Assembly: GCA_020891255.1 (NCBI GenBank)
Contig: BQFW01000010.1
Coordinates: 1-64,000 of the forward strand
Length of the DNA stretch: 64,000 bases
From: Entomortierella parvispora E1425
Taxonomy: Eukaryota > Fungi > Mortierellomycota
Reading direction: 5' to 3'
Shown: positions 1-11,720 of the stretch, in pieces
How the letters are laid out: every line of letters starts with the position of its first letter
Position numbering within the stretch: the first letter of the stretch is position 1
Notes under the pieces: model-generated
Database searches by the model: none
Seen by the model: the letters and a program-made list of their open reading frames with translations, nothing else
What the model was told of the DNA's origin: nothing
Made by a program: the position numbers and the translations under genes

Positions 1-329
1 GGGCAACAGGGCCAACAGAGGCAACGAGACAAGAGACAAGCGACAGCGGCTGAGACCGACAACAGCTGCCACAAACGAGCCTGATCTGTCCAAGCGGACA
101 ACCTTTTTTTTTGTCGGTAGCCGCTGCAAAGTACGCATCCCAAGATCAGATCACCCCTCCCTCGGAAGTGGATATGTACAACCTGTGGTGAAGCAGGCAG
201 GGCTGAAAGGGAAGGAGAGGAAGAGAGGGAAGAGAGAGGGAAGAGGAGGACAGACAAAATCAGAAGGACTCAGGGGCAATCAGCAGCGGGAGGGAAAAAA
301 GGACAGAGACATGGGCAAGGCCGTCCATA

Positions 330-860
330 TTCTTTCTTCTTCCTCGACCGTTCCATTTCATCTCCTACCTCGCTCTTCCATCTTGCAACCTGCATCCATG
401 CCATACGATTGCCTTATCATCGCTCTTGCGTCATCCATCTTGTCGCCTCCATCTTGTCGCCTCCATCTTGTCGCCTCCCATCTTGTCGCCTCCATCTTGT
501 CATCTTGTCGCCTCCCATCTTTCTCGACTCTTACATCCTCTCCGTCCTTGCATCCATCTCTCTTCTTTCATCGTCCATGTCCATGATGCTCTTCTCTCCT
601 ATTGCATCCACAACTCCCTCCTTCGCATCATCTCTTTGAAGGCTGAGGCGGGAAGGTCAGTGAGAGGGTCTCAAATAAGAAAGTAGATGACTCGATAAGA
701 AAAAGTGAATGGCGCGATGGCGCGAGAGAAAGAGTAGATGGCGCGATAAAAGAGAAAAGTAGATGGCGTGAGGAGAAAAGTAGATATGGCTAGAAAAAAA
801 ATAAATAGATACCGAAAGAGGAGAGAAGCGCAGATGAGTGGCTGCTAGAAGGATAGGATA
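330..860. repeat. Low-complexity repeat tract: (CCTCCATCTTGTCG)-like units at ~435-515 and AGTAGATGGCGCGA-like units at ~680-790
   Basis: Tandem units are directly visible. CTCGACTCTTACATCCT at ~524-540 matches the reverse complement of AGGATGTAAGAGTCGAG at ~16592-16608, so it belongs to the same family as the 16.3-17.0 kb tract. Confidence 0.7.
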
Positions 861-1532
861 CGGGTGAGTCGCGCCAGAGACGAGCGCGTTTTCATGGGTC
901 GCGTCAACATAAAAACCGCGGACAGGGAGGGCCCAGCACAGATTTTTTTACAGGGCCTAGCACAGACTATTTTACTGCCAATTGAAAACTGGTCAATATC
1001 CATTCTTGTCTCGTCCCCACTTCGTTCGAGTGCGTCTCGCCTGTTTACTCGGCGTTTCTATAACACTACCAAAGAGATTATTCTTGCCAAAGCATCCGCA
1101 AAGGAGGCCACAGCACAAGCTGCAAGAATAAAAAAAAAAAAAACAAAAAGTGTATAGGTATATGATATCCAGGATCTACATCGCAAACAACATCCCATTG
1201 CCGGGTTGCCCGGCCATTAGAGCTCTTCTATCGGAACCCTCTTTGTTTCAATGATGGGGTGATCGCGACGAGTTACAACAAGGGCACTTAGTCATGACTT
1301 CATAGGCAAGATGGAAGGGATTTATTCTTTGGACATTCGTCCCATGGCAGAACAAAAGGCGTGAGGGTTGACTTGTATAGTCTACTGTATTAATTGCGTG
1401 AGCAGGGGTCATTGAAGCCTCCATCAACTGAGTAGAGTAGTGTGTTCTCGACCATCCTACCATCCTAAGTGAATAGACAATTTGCAGAGGCCAATCTTTT
1501 GATTTACCTGTATTCAAGAGCTGCCCGACAGT

Positions 1533-1720
1533 GGTGGATGGATAAGATTGATCATGGAGCAACTGATGGGGCGGTGGATGGACAAGGTAGATTATGGAGC
1601 AACTGATGGTGCGGTGGATGGACAAGGTAGATCATGGAGCAATTGATGGGCGGAAGATGGACAAGGTAGATCATGGGGCAACTGATGGGCTGGTGAATGG
1701 ATTAAAGTTAATCAAGATCA
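1533..1720. repeat. 40-bp minisatellite, ~4.5 copies
   Basis: Unit GGTGGATGGACAAGGTAGATCATGGAGCAACTGATGGGGC starts at ~1533, 1573, 1613 and 1652, with a decayed copy at ~1692. Confidence 0.9.
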
Positions 1721-1780
1721 ACCAATGATAGTTCATCGCCAGCTCCCTCTGCTGCTGTCTCGTTCCAGCTTTGTTTGCGG

Positions 1781-2587
1781 TATAAATACATCCAGGTCGC
1801 CTCGATCGCGCCCACGCCCATTCTGCAGTTTCTGACTCAACTCTCTACCTTAAAACCTCCAGCACCATCATCTCTTCCCGAGCTTTCACCTGATTTTCCT
1901 TGATCTGAGTGCCAGTCTGACCCAAAGGCCGCTCTGAATCATATTTTGTCAGGTACGTGATGTGAGATATCTGTTCATCTACCAGCCTGCCTCAGAATTC
2001 TCTCTAACATCAATATTTTCTATCAGACCTGCTGTTGGTTTTCCCTGAGAAAAGTGCCATCTACCTCAAAGACCCTCTCGAAGACCAGATCCTCTCTTTG
2101 ATCTCCAAGTACGTCTACTAAGAGTATCCATCTGTTCTTCTATCTACATGTATCTACCAGCTTCGGAACTAATACTAAAAAAACACTTCTTTATCTTCAA
2201 GTTCGACCTCGATTTTAGTGCTTGGTTCCTCCTTCGCAGAGTACCGGTCTGCCTCAAAGGCCTCCCTTCTGAAGACCAAGGAATCTACCTATTGATCGTC
2301 AGAGGTATGTAACTACAGGGTGCTTCTTCATCTATCTACTTGCTTCTGGACCCTCCCTAAACCAAACTTTTATCCACAGGTTCATGCCGAGCAATTGTTC
2401 TTGAGTAACTGTCCGCTTCAAAAAAACCTTCCCAAACCCCAAAAAAACACGAGATTCCTTCCAACTGTCCAGTATTCCTTGTCGGGTATGCAGCACAAAA
2501 TCAAAATATCAAAAAATAAAAAAAAGGTCGAAAGTCCTGAATACTGACAGATGATCCTTTTCAACAATATAGAGCAAGCCTCTCGCC
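1781..2587 (+). promoter_or_regulatory. TATA box plus non-coding 5' leader with four predicted introns upstream of the retroelement ORF1
   Basis: TATAAATA at 1781. Introns: 1953-2026 (GTACGT..CTAAC..CAG), 2109-2201 or 2218 (GTACGT..CTAAT..AAG/TAG), 2305-2379 (GTATGT..CTAAAC..CAG), 2486-2572 (GTATGC..CTGAC..TAG). ATG in GCCATGG context at 2588. Confidence 0.65.
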
Positions 2588-4978
2588 ATGGCCCCACCTT
2601 TACCTTGGAACGAAAACGTGAATCGACTAGAGGCTGAGGAACTCGTCCAGAGATTTGGCAGACTCTGGCCTACACGCTGTGAGAATGCCGATTGCAATAA
2701 GCGTTTCCCACGGTCCTTCTACAAGGATCAAGTGTGCTCGCAGGGCTCAAACATCCGCCGCTTCCGTTGTGGCGGTTGTAAAAGTACCTTTAAAGTCCAA
2801 AAAATGCTGGAGACTCTGCGTGTCGTTAGTCGTGATCCCGCAAAAGCTGAACGAGTAGTCCGTAGAAATGCGGAAGCGTATAGGAGGGAGGCGACGACAG
2901 GGGTCCTTATTAATGTTGTACACCCTACTACCCACGCTGTATGCTCCGTTGACAATATGGAACTCCCTGCCCCTCAAGATGGGGCCTCTATGGACCATGC
3001 GGAACACCCTGCCACTCAAGATGGAGCCTCTGCGGACCATGCGGTACATCCTGCCACTGAAGATGGGGCCTCTGTGGACCATGCAGAACACCCTGCCACT
3101 CAAGATGGGGCCTCTGCGGATCATAATGGTACCCCATGGCACTTGATCGGTCATAGCCTGCTGTCAGACACCGAATCAGTGCACGAGCTTGACGATTACG
3201 ATTCTGGCACAATGGTGATTTCCTCGACCCCGCTGCAACCTGCTTTGGGTACCCAAATTTCTCGCCTTGGATCTCCCCTGACACAGCAGCACCGGCACTC
3301 CCAGTACCCGCACTGGTCGCCTGACTCTCTGCAGCCCTCTCAGTCAGTTGCCAACAGTCAGTCATCGTTAAGCTTCATCGTTGATGATCAGTCACAAATT
3401 GATCCACAAGCAAGCCAGATGGGCTCCTCATCCCCCACTTTGAGCCTCCACCCCTCACAGTGGACACCGATGTCAGGGGAACTCCGATACAGACTGTAGC
3501 CTTGGCATCTGGATCCACTCTGCCAGCCTTCCAAAGTTCTCCTCTCAGGGCGGGTCAAGAGCTCTCGCACACACACAGTTCCTCTCCCAGGCCATCATCT
3601 GTTGCATTGGGGAAACGTCGTCGCGCGGAGACTCCTGAATCTACTGAGCCAGATTCGCAGAGTTTTCCGCCTGGGGCGGATCAAGAGCTCTCGCGTCAGC
3701 ACATGTCCCCTCCCAGACTATCATCTGCTGCATTGGGAATACGACGCCACGCGGAGGGCTGCATGGAGGAAACTACCTGTCAAAAGGAGCAGCCACAGCG
3801 TACTGAGGGTCAACCTTTATTCCGAGAGCAGGCTGTCGAGCTATTTACAGCCCAATTGGCGCAATTGGAAGCTCGACTCGAAGTCCAACTTGCAACCCAA
3901 CTTCAAGCCGTCATCCAAGCAGAAGTGACAGAGCTCTTCCGTCTGCAACGCGAGTCCAACCAAGCACCACTGACAGCGGAGGCAGACTCCCGGCCACCTG
4001 TCATTCCCGCAACTCGAGTCCAGGCCGGTCTAGCAAAGCCTGTTCGAGTTCGTATCGACTCTGTTCGGCCGCGCCAAGCTCAGCCTGCCTCTCCTCGGTC
4101 CCATTCTGCAGCCAGATCACCGGCAGCAGTTTCTGCTGTTGCCTCGCAGTCCAATTCGCCTGCCAAAGCAAGAACCAAGGCAACAGTTAACGCTGGTGCT
4201 GCTCGCCAAGGTCCTAGTAAGGCTCAGATGGACATTGTCAAGTCCATGAAGCCTCCAAGACCTTTCAGAGCACGCAAAACTGCTGCCGAGGCCGCAAGAC
4301 CAACGATTGCTCCTGTCCGAGTATATTTTTCTGGTGTTCAGTCCGGGCCTCTCAAGGTTTTCAAGGCAAAGTTGCGTGGTTTGAGAATTTGTACCTCACT
4401 GATTTACAACATCTCATTTGTTGGGAAGTCTATGTGCGAATTTTTGGTCGATGCTGCCTACCGAGCCAAGTTCATTGAGTCTATGAAAAGCTTCACTTTC
4501 AGACACTTGCCCAACTATGACCCAGCCGTTCCTCAAGATCCCAATGTCACTGGAAGAGACTGCAGAGCTTCTGAGAGGGGCGTACATTCGCCGCCTTGAA
4601 ACAACGGCTTCAACGACCAACCGCGATTTCGTGCGAGATGATTTCCTGAGCATGCTTGCTGCAGCAGATCCCACAGCTCCCACATCTGCCACAGATCTCC
4701 CTGATCTCTCTGGACCGATGGACACTGGCACTGTTGCCGCGACGGCCTCTGCTTCTTCCGGGCTGGTGGAAACTGATATCCCTCTGACTGGTGCTGCTTC
4801 TGAAGCCGCCTCTGCTGCAATGGATATTGATCCCCCCCTGGCTGCTACTGCAACCGCCTCTGATTCTGAGCTAGTTGACACTCATACGCATCCCGCTGCC
4901 GAAGACACAGCTGGTGCCAGTGCTGACGCTCTAAGCGCTAATGAGGAACCCACACGCCCCGCTTCCTCTCATGAATAA
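2588..4978 (+). pseudogene. LINE ORF1 remnant in three frames (2588-3499, 3460-4599, 4517-4978)
   Basis: Overlapping ORFs joined by two apparent frameshifts (~3490, ~4560). N-terminal C-x4-C...RRFRCGGCKSTF zinc ribbon, coiled-coil-like segment (QLAQLEARLEVQL) and a globular block (VRVYFSGV...NISFVGKSMCEFLV...NYDP). The stop overlaps the ORF2 ATG (ATGAATAA, 4971-4978). Confidence 0.75.
2965..3125 (+). repeat. 42-bp coding tandem repeat inside ORF1, ~4 copies
   Basis: CCCTGCC(A/C)CTCAAGATGGGGCCTCT.. recurs at 2965, 3007, 3049 and 3091 and encodes PATQDGASADHAEH-like 14-mers. Confidence 0.9.
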
Positions 4979-7900
4979 TCAGGTCCTCCGTACTGGTTAC
5001 TTGAACTGCCGCGGTCTTCAGGCAGGTTCATTTGACAGAATCGTTTCTTTCGTTTCTGGCCCATCCCCCCCCTTCGATATCATCTTCTTATCAGAGACAT
5101 GGTATATCTGCCCTGACTATTACAGTCGCCATCCTCTCTTCCTTTGTTCTACGCCCATACCTGGAAGTCGACCAGTTAATGGCCGGCTTTATGGTGGTAT
5201 CATCTGTGTTGTCTCCCACCAACTCAAGCGATCACACTGCACCTTTTCAGTCACTCGGCACTCAATTGACGTGTCCATCTTTGGCACCAACATCCGCGCC
5301 TTATATCTTCCTCCTTCTCTCAAGAACCCCAGCTTCCGTTCAGCTTTGTTCGATCCCGTCGCCCACCTTTCTTCGAGATCTCGTCCAGATATTCTTCTCG
5401 GAGACATCAACACCAAGCTAGGAGAACCAAACCTTCCCCCCCCTATCGGTGAACGTGTCACCATAGTTCAGGAGCTGGTCCATCATTACCATTACAACCG
5501 AGTTTTCCCTCTTCTGTCTACGCCAAGAACCATCATGTATTGGCTCGCTTTCACCCAGACTTCTCTTGGAGGTATGAACGGGTTGACCCCTCAGTATGGA
5601 CAGATACGGACCACAGTCTCATGTCTTGCAAGTTCACGCCTCGTGATATACATGATACTGGCACTACCGACGAGTGTTACCGTATCAGTCTGAAGTACTT
5701 GGAACTAAAAGCAGTTCGTTCTCTCTGCTGTGGTTACTACATGGAACTGGCCAACCAATTCGACAAGTTTATCATGGACACTGTATCGCGCGTACGGCGA
5801 CTCTCTGACGCGCGTTCTTTGGATGGAGTTTCCCTCCAAGACAGACAAGCAGTGGTGGATCATCTTGACGATTGTCTTTCTTCAGCTATCTTGACAGCGG
5901 CTGAAGAAGCATGCGGCTCTTATGTCCCCAGCGTCATTCGTACTACTCCAGACAAGCTCTCTGATTCTTTGTCTTCGGTCCCGAAGATGAATGACGCCAT
6001 CCGTATCTTCAAACGAGCGTGTCGCAGCCAGGTGGTGGCTCTGAAATCTCGGGACCCTACCATCTCTCCAGTGGCAGATGTTGTCTCGCACTACAGGTCT
6101 GTTTTCACTCAGCCCGATCCACGATTCCTACCTGCGGCTCGATCCCCTTACCGTGGCATCTCCTTTGAGCCTGATCCTGGCTTGGACGATATGTTTACGA
6201 AGGATAACATGCAAGCAATCTGGAAGAAATACCCGACCAACGCCTCTGGTGGAGAGGATGGGATCCATGTCCAACTCCTACGAGCACTTCAAGGCACCGA
6301 GCTTCCAGAACACATTGCTGGCCTTTTCAGGATTTGCTGTTTGCTCGGTGTCACGCCATCATCATGGAATGTCTCCGTAATCAATCCTATTCCGAAGACA
6401 GAGGGTGCTACGACCATTGACAAATTCCGGCCAATTTCCCTTACATTGATGATTCGGCGGACCTTCGAAAAGTTCTTTTTGGGACATCTTTTGGAGTCTG
6501 ATGCCTCCAAGCTTCATCACACTCAAGCTGGCTTCCGTAACGGATTTTCAACTTTGACTCATGCATTGGTTGCTGACGACTGTGCTATCCGCGGACAAAA
6601 GTATCGTGTCTTTTACGATTTTGCCCAAGCATATGATACAGTCCCAGTGCCTCTGCTACTTTCAAAGATGAAAACCCGAGAGCATCCGCTCAGATTTTGT
6701 CGCTCGTAGACGCCCTCTTTGTCGGCACATCTACTAAGGTTATCGTCAATGGGAGGCAGACAGAGTCTATTCCCCTGAGCCGAGGCCTGCTCCAAGGCTC
6801 CATCTTGTCTCCTCTATTGTTTGACATCTTTATCGACGACCTGGCTCACAAGCTTAACAAGGATACTCCGGACCCGAAGAAAATACCGCGAGCGCTGTTG
6901 TACGCCGACGATATAACAGCTGGATCCCATGCACTGCACCACTTGCAAGTTACTTCCAATGACTTGGTCGACTGGTGCCACGAGAACGGTATGACGATCA
7001 ATCTCGCTAAATGCGGGGTGGTTGGTCTGACCCATGGTGATCGTGACTTGGTCCTTCGCGGTATTGGCCCAATCCCTCGGGTTGAATGCTACAACTACCT
7101 TGGATTCCCATACAAATCCAGAGGGATCGACTGGGCTGAACACTTGAAATCCATGGCTTTAAAAGCATCAAAGACTCTGAAGTTCTGCGAAGCCAGGGGT
7201 AATTCCAAGTGGTCTGCAGGTCTACGGCTAGCTTTGTATCGCGCGTTTGTCCGCTCTAGAATGGAATATGGTGCAGGCATCATGTACCACTGGATCCAGA
7301 ATGACAGCAAGTCTAGGACAGAGCACTTGAAGGCTATAGCGACAGTCCAAGACGCGGCCCTGAAATGGATTTTGGAGTTCAAGGACCCTACAAAGGTTAC
7401 TCACTCATTTCTTGCCTTGCCAACTATCTACGTGCGATTCTCCGACTTGGCCTGCCTCCTTACGGACCACTTTATTGGAATGGATGGGAACAACCCAGCA
7501 AGAACCCTCCGTGATGTCCTCTTCGGCAATGTTGGCCGAAATAAGGACCGGATTCTTCCAAAGTGCCACAAGCACCCGGACCGCCTGTTGTATCAAAATT
7601 ATCTGGCAAGACTTAGAAGAGAAGAAAAAGTCGATTCATTGAAGGTCTGGCTGCGGAAGAGGTTCCTTGACGAGTGCTTCCGGACGCTGCGGCTTTGCAA
7701 GTATTTCGAGCCTCAGATGCGCACGAGAGGTATAGGGCCTGTTACCGCCATCTACTTCAAGTCACTCCGCCTACGCAAGAACGCAATTGCTTGGCACCTG
7801 AACAAATTCGCTTGTGGAGCGCGCTGTTCGGAATGCAACAACATTTTTCATCAAACCCATGTTGTCGATTGCGGCTGGCAAGAAAAAGCTCCTTGATCTT

Positions 7901-8071
7901 GCCCCTCCGAAAGTTGTTGCCACCTTCTTGGCTCTGCCCCCGCTTGCACCAAACAAGTGTCGTCCCAACTTCGTCGACTTCCTCCTCAAGGAGAGGCACC
8001 TTGCCTCCTTGGCCGAGGCATTTGGCTGGTTGGAATTCTGGATGCGTCCTCGGGAAAACTACGATGTATAG
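4971..8071 (+). pseudogene. LINE ORF2 (APE endonuclease - reverse transcriptase - Cys/His knuckle), about three frameshifts
   Basis: APE motifs YLNCRGL, IFLSETW, LYLPPS, ILLGDIN, TDH. RT motifs KFRPISLT, QAGFR, FYDFAQAYDTV, GLLQGSILSPLLF, LLYADD, YLG. C-terminal CSEC..HQTHVVDC. Frame switches at ~5530, ~6690 and ~7890. Confidence 0.92.
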
Positions 8072-8199
8072 TCTTGGATGTTGTCTGTCAGTCAGTCAGT
8101 CTTTTTTTTTTTTTTTTTTTTTTTTTTTTGTTCGTGCTCCCTCGCGCCAGAAAAAAAATAAAATAAAAAAATTGACTACAATTGCTGCCACCCTGCTCA

Positions 8200-11100
8200 G
8201 ATCGTTGCTGCCCCATGTCTTCTCTCCTAGTAAGTGTTGATCATTACGAAAGAAGATATCTCATTCTAACGACCTCCATGGTCTTTATTGTCCATATTGT
8301 CCAGCAATTAGTCCATCCAGTTGATGACATCTGCTCCTTTTTGCCCGTGTCCTCACACTTCTCGTATTCGCTCCCTTGGTAAGCATCTGCTCTTCACGCC
8401 TACAATACCCCTTTCAATGGAAGAGAGATAGAAAGAAAGAGCAATCGTTCTAACCATTTCAACTGCTTTGTCCATAGAGTTAAGAATGTCAATGGTATAT
8501 ATCTCCTCGGTCCTTTGAATCCTTGCTGTCAATTCAAGCGGCTGTCTCCTTTTCGCCTACTCTGCTCCCTGCTTCCGTGGCGGCGCCTTGCGGCCTTGAC
8601 ATGATCTGAACTGACAGGGGTTCTGGGGTCGAGACTGGGCCTCTTTTTTTTTTTTTTTTTTTTTTTGCTCCAAAAAAAAAAACATTCAGCTCTCCAAGCT
8701 GCAGATGGCGGCTGTTCCTGCCCGGTTGTTATATCTGCTCTAGTTTCAGTAAGTGCAGCCTACAATTCATACATTCGATGTTCCCTACTGAGGAAGATAA
8801 ACGGAGAAAGTATTTCAACTGACGGCTTTAGTTGATTTTATATCCTACGTAGTCTGACCCAGCGTCTGGTCTTCGGTCCTCCATTCAGGTGAGATGTTTC
8901 CATTCTTCCGCCTCTTCCTTGCAGACCGTTGCCACATTGTCATTGTGATTGCTCCTACCATGTCAAAGGCGCCCTTTTCTGGTCTTCTCTCCGGACTTCC
9001 ATCCTGGCCAATTGGTCTTTTTCAGCCCACTCATACCTGCTTACTCCTCTTGTAGCGGCAACTTGCGGTCTTGACTCAACTTTACGGTTTCCTGGGAGTA
9101 GACGTCGTAATTTCATCATGGCATGGACCACAGGAGCTTTGTTACATGGTTTGGACACATCCTTTCTGTCTTGCTTCCATGTCTATTCCCTGCGGTGAGT
9201 GAAGTTGGCTTGTATGGAAGAGAGATAAAGAAAACTTATTCTAACGCCCCCTCTTGTTTCATCGTCCATGTAGTCGGGCATGTTGACAGCGTCTGCTCGC
9301 CTCGGCTCTAGCCAGTTCCATGTTCCTTGCGATCATTGCCCTAAGTTTTTGACTGACCGGAACTCTGGATCGGGCGCTGGTTCTTTTTGATGGCGAGGTC
9401 CGTCTCCGCTCAAAAAAGAAAGGAGGGGCAGCCGTCACAGTTCTGTTGTCCCATGTCTGGTCCGGTCCATGTCTTCCGCTGAATCGTTGAATACCAACTT
9501 TATGCTGGCCAGAAATCCCTCCTGCCCCTGTCGGGTCGGGGCACCAAGGGGATGAAACCACATTCACGATTCGCATGCGTGAGTCCTGGATCTGGGTTAA
9601 GGTCTGCCCTCGTTGTCGTCTATGGCTGCTTCCTGGAGTCCTTCAGTCGAAATGCCTATCGTTGCCTGTCGACTCCATGCTGGCTCTTTCAATCAAGCTG
9701 TTGCATGTGTCATTACATGTCATCTCCAAGCCGCTCTTTCGATGAGGTTGATCTGCCCACCTTTGAAGAACCTCTCCTACTACTCCGAGGACTGGGTGTT
9801 CAAAGGCTGAACCCAAAGCCCGCCCATATGGGTCTTGAGTTTTTGGCATGAAAGACTGGCATTGTTCCTGCTGCTCCGCGGTCTCGACTCAAGTTTCTGG
9901 TTTTCTGAAGCGCTGGGAGCTACATCTTGGGTCTGTTTCGTGAACCATATTCGCAAAAAAGAAACAAACTGGCTGTATCCTGCCGTTCCTACCGTTCCTG
10001 CAGTCCTGGAAGTTGCATCCGTTCGTATGGTAAGTTTTTTGGGGCGTGTCGTTGAAAAGAGACAAAGACGGATGGGCAGCTCCAACGAGGACGAGAATCG
10101 AGTACGAGATGGTTGACGCACGTGATGTGCCTTTTTTTCGTTTTTTTTTTTTTTTTTTTTTGTCCGCAGCCAAGCATGTTCAGGAAGACAGGGTATCCTC
10201 AGCCTCAGACCTCACAGCACTGGTCTAGTCGACAGGAGTTCGGAGGAGGGGTCCTTGATTGTGTGGTTCGTTGCCCGCTTAGAAAAAAAGAGTTCCTGGC
10301 CTGCTTTGTTGCAAATCCCACTTGTTCAATCCGCTTCTATGGTAAGTGTTGTTCCTCACGCGTTTGAAAGCCTCTCGTGCAAAAAGACAAATGGAGGGAC
10401 AATCGTTCTAACCCTTCCCATGTTGTCGATATAATCAAGCAGGCTACTTATCTTTGTTCACACCGCCGTTTTATTCGCTCCTTTGGTAAGTGTCTGCCAC
10501 GCCTGTGATACTGTGATATCCCTTTCGAGGGATAGAAAAAAAAAAAGCAATCGTTCTAACGACTTTAGCTGATTTTATTGTCGATATAGTCAAGAGCGTC
10601 AACGGTATCCATTCTCCTCGATCCTTGAGCTCCTTGCCGTCAATCCAAGTGGGCTGATTCTTTTTCGCCTACTACGATTCCTGCTTTAGAGACGGCGCCT
10701 AGTGGCTTTTGCATGAGTCCTAGACAAACTCGCACACTTGACTAGGTGTGGTCTGATTCCACGCAAAATAGCAAGAGGAGAGGGCCGTTGCTGGGTCGTC
10801 GTCGATAAGTTCGTTCCAGTATTCCTTGGGGTCGAGCCGTTGAATATTGCCTCCGTGATGATTTCTCAGTCAAGTTTATCACCCTCATCGATACCAAGGC
10901 GATGAAGGGTGAATCCATCACCCAATCGGTACTCAAGAATCCTGGATCTCCGTTGAGAATTGCTACCGTTGTCGCCTGTGGCCGCTTCCTGGAGTCTTTC
11001 GGTCGAACTGATGCCTGTCGTTACCTGTCAACCACATGTTGGCCCACTCAGTCACATTGTTGCCTGTCGCTGCCTGTCAACTCCATGCTGGTCTGCTTAG

Positions 11101-11650
11101 TCAAGTTGTTGCCAGGCGTTGCTTGTCGACTCCTGCCTGGTCTATTCAGTCAAGTTGCTGCATGTGACATACATGTCATCATCATGCTGTCCATCCAGCC
11201 AAGCTGGATTGCCCTCCTTTGACCCTCCGCTCCTGCTCCTTCCGAGGACCGGATGTCAGAAGGATGAGCCCATAACCTGCACCTGTGGGTCTTGAGGTTT
11301 TGCATGAAAACCTGCGTTGTCCTGCTTCTGCACGGTCTCGATTCAAGTTTCTGGTTTTCTAAAACGCCGGAGCCATGCCTCGAGTCTAGTACTTTTTTGT
11401 TGCATGGGTCCACATTCGCACAGAAGACATAGACTGGTTGCACCCTGCTGTCCTTGCTGTCCTGGATGTTGCATCCGTTCGTACGGTAAGTTTGAGAAGA
11501 GTATCTTTTGAAGAACGGGGAAAGAGTGATTTCTCAGAGCCGCAAAGGCAAAAAGAAAGAAAAGTGCTGCGAAAAGTCACGGACAGCGGAAAGGGAAAAA
11601 AAAACGAAATGCATTCTAACGTGGTCTCTTCTTGCTGTTGCCAACCTAGC
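8200..11650 (+). repeat. Decayed, internally duplicated exon-intron modules (non-coding or pseudogenic)
   Basis: 8367-8600 resembles 10473-10715, and 9610-10035 resembles 10967-11495. GCGGTCT(T/C)GA(C/T)TCAA recurs at ~9065, 9878 and 11332. Repeated GTAAG...TTCTAAC...AG introns; no long ORF. Confidence 0.65.
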
Positions 11651-11720
11651 CAGTGACCTTGACCTTGGTTCTGAGTCGACTGAAGTTTCGGATCAGGTCG
11701 AGGTCGGGGGTTTTCTTCTT

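Larger units (their letters stand above)
2588..8171 (+). mobile_element. Non-LTR (LINE-like) retrotransposon, two ORFs, frameshifted
   Basis: ORF1-like region, then APE endonuclease + reverse transcriptase + C-terminal Cys/His knuckle. A-rich tract at ~8151-8171 is a candidate 3' tail. True 5' boundary and TSD were not identified. Confidence 0.9.

Noticed and set aside
8087-8129. (GTCA)n plus poly(T) as the LINE tail
   Set aside because: Wrong strand for a + strand element, and long A/T homopolymers are common throughout the window. The A-rich tract at ~8151-8171 fits better.
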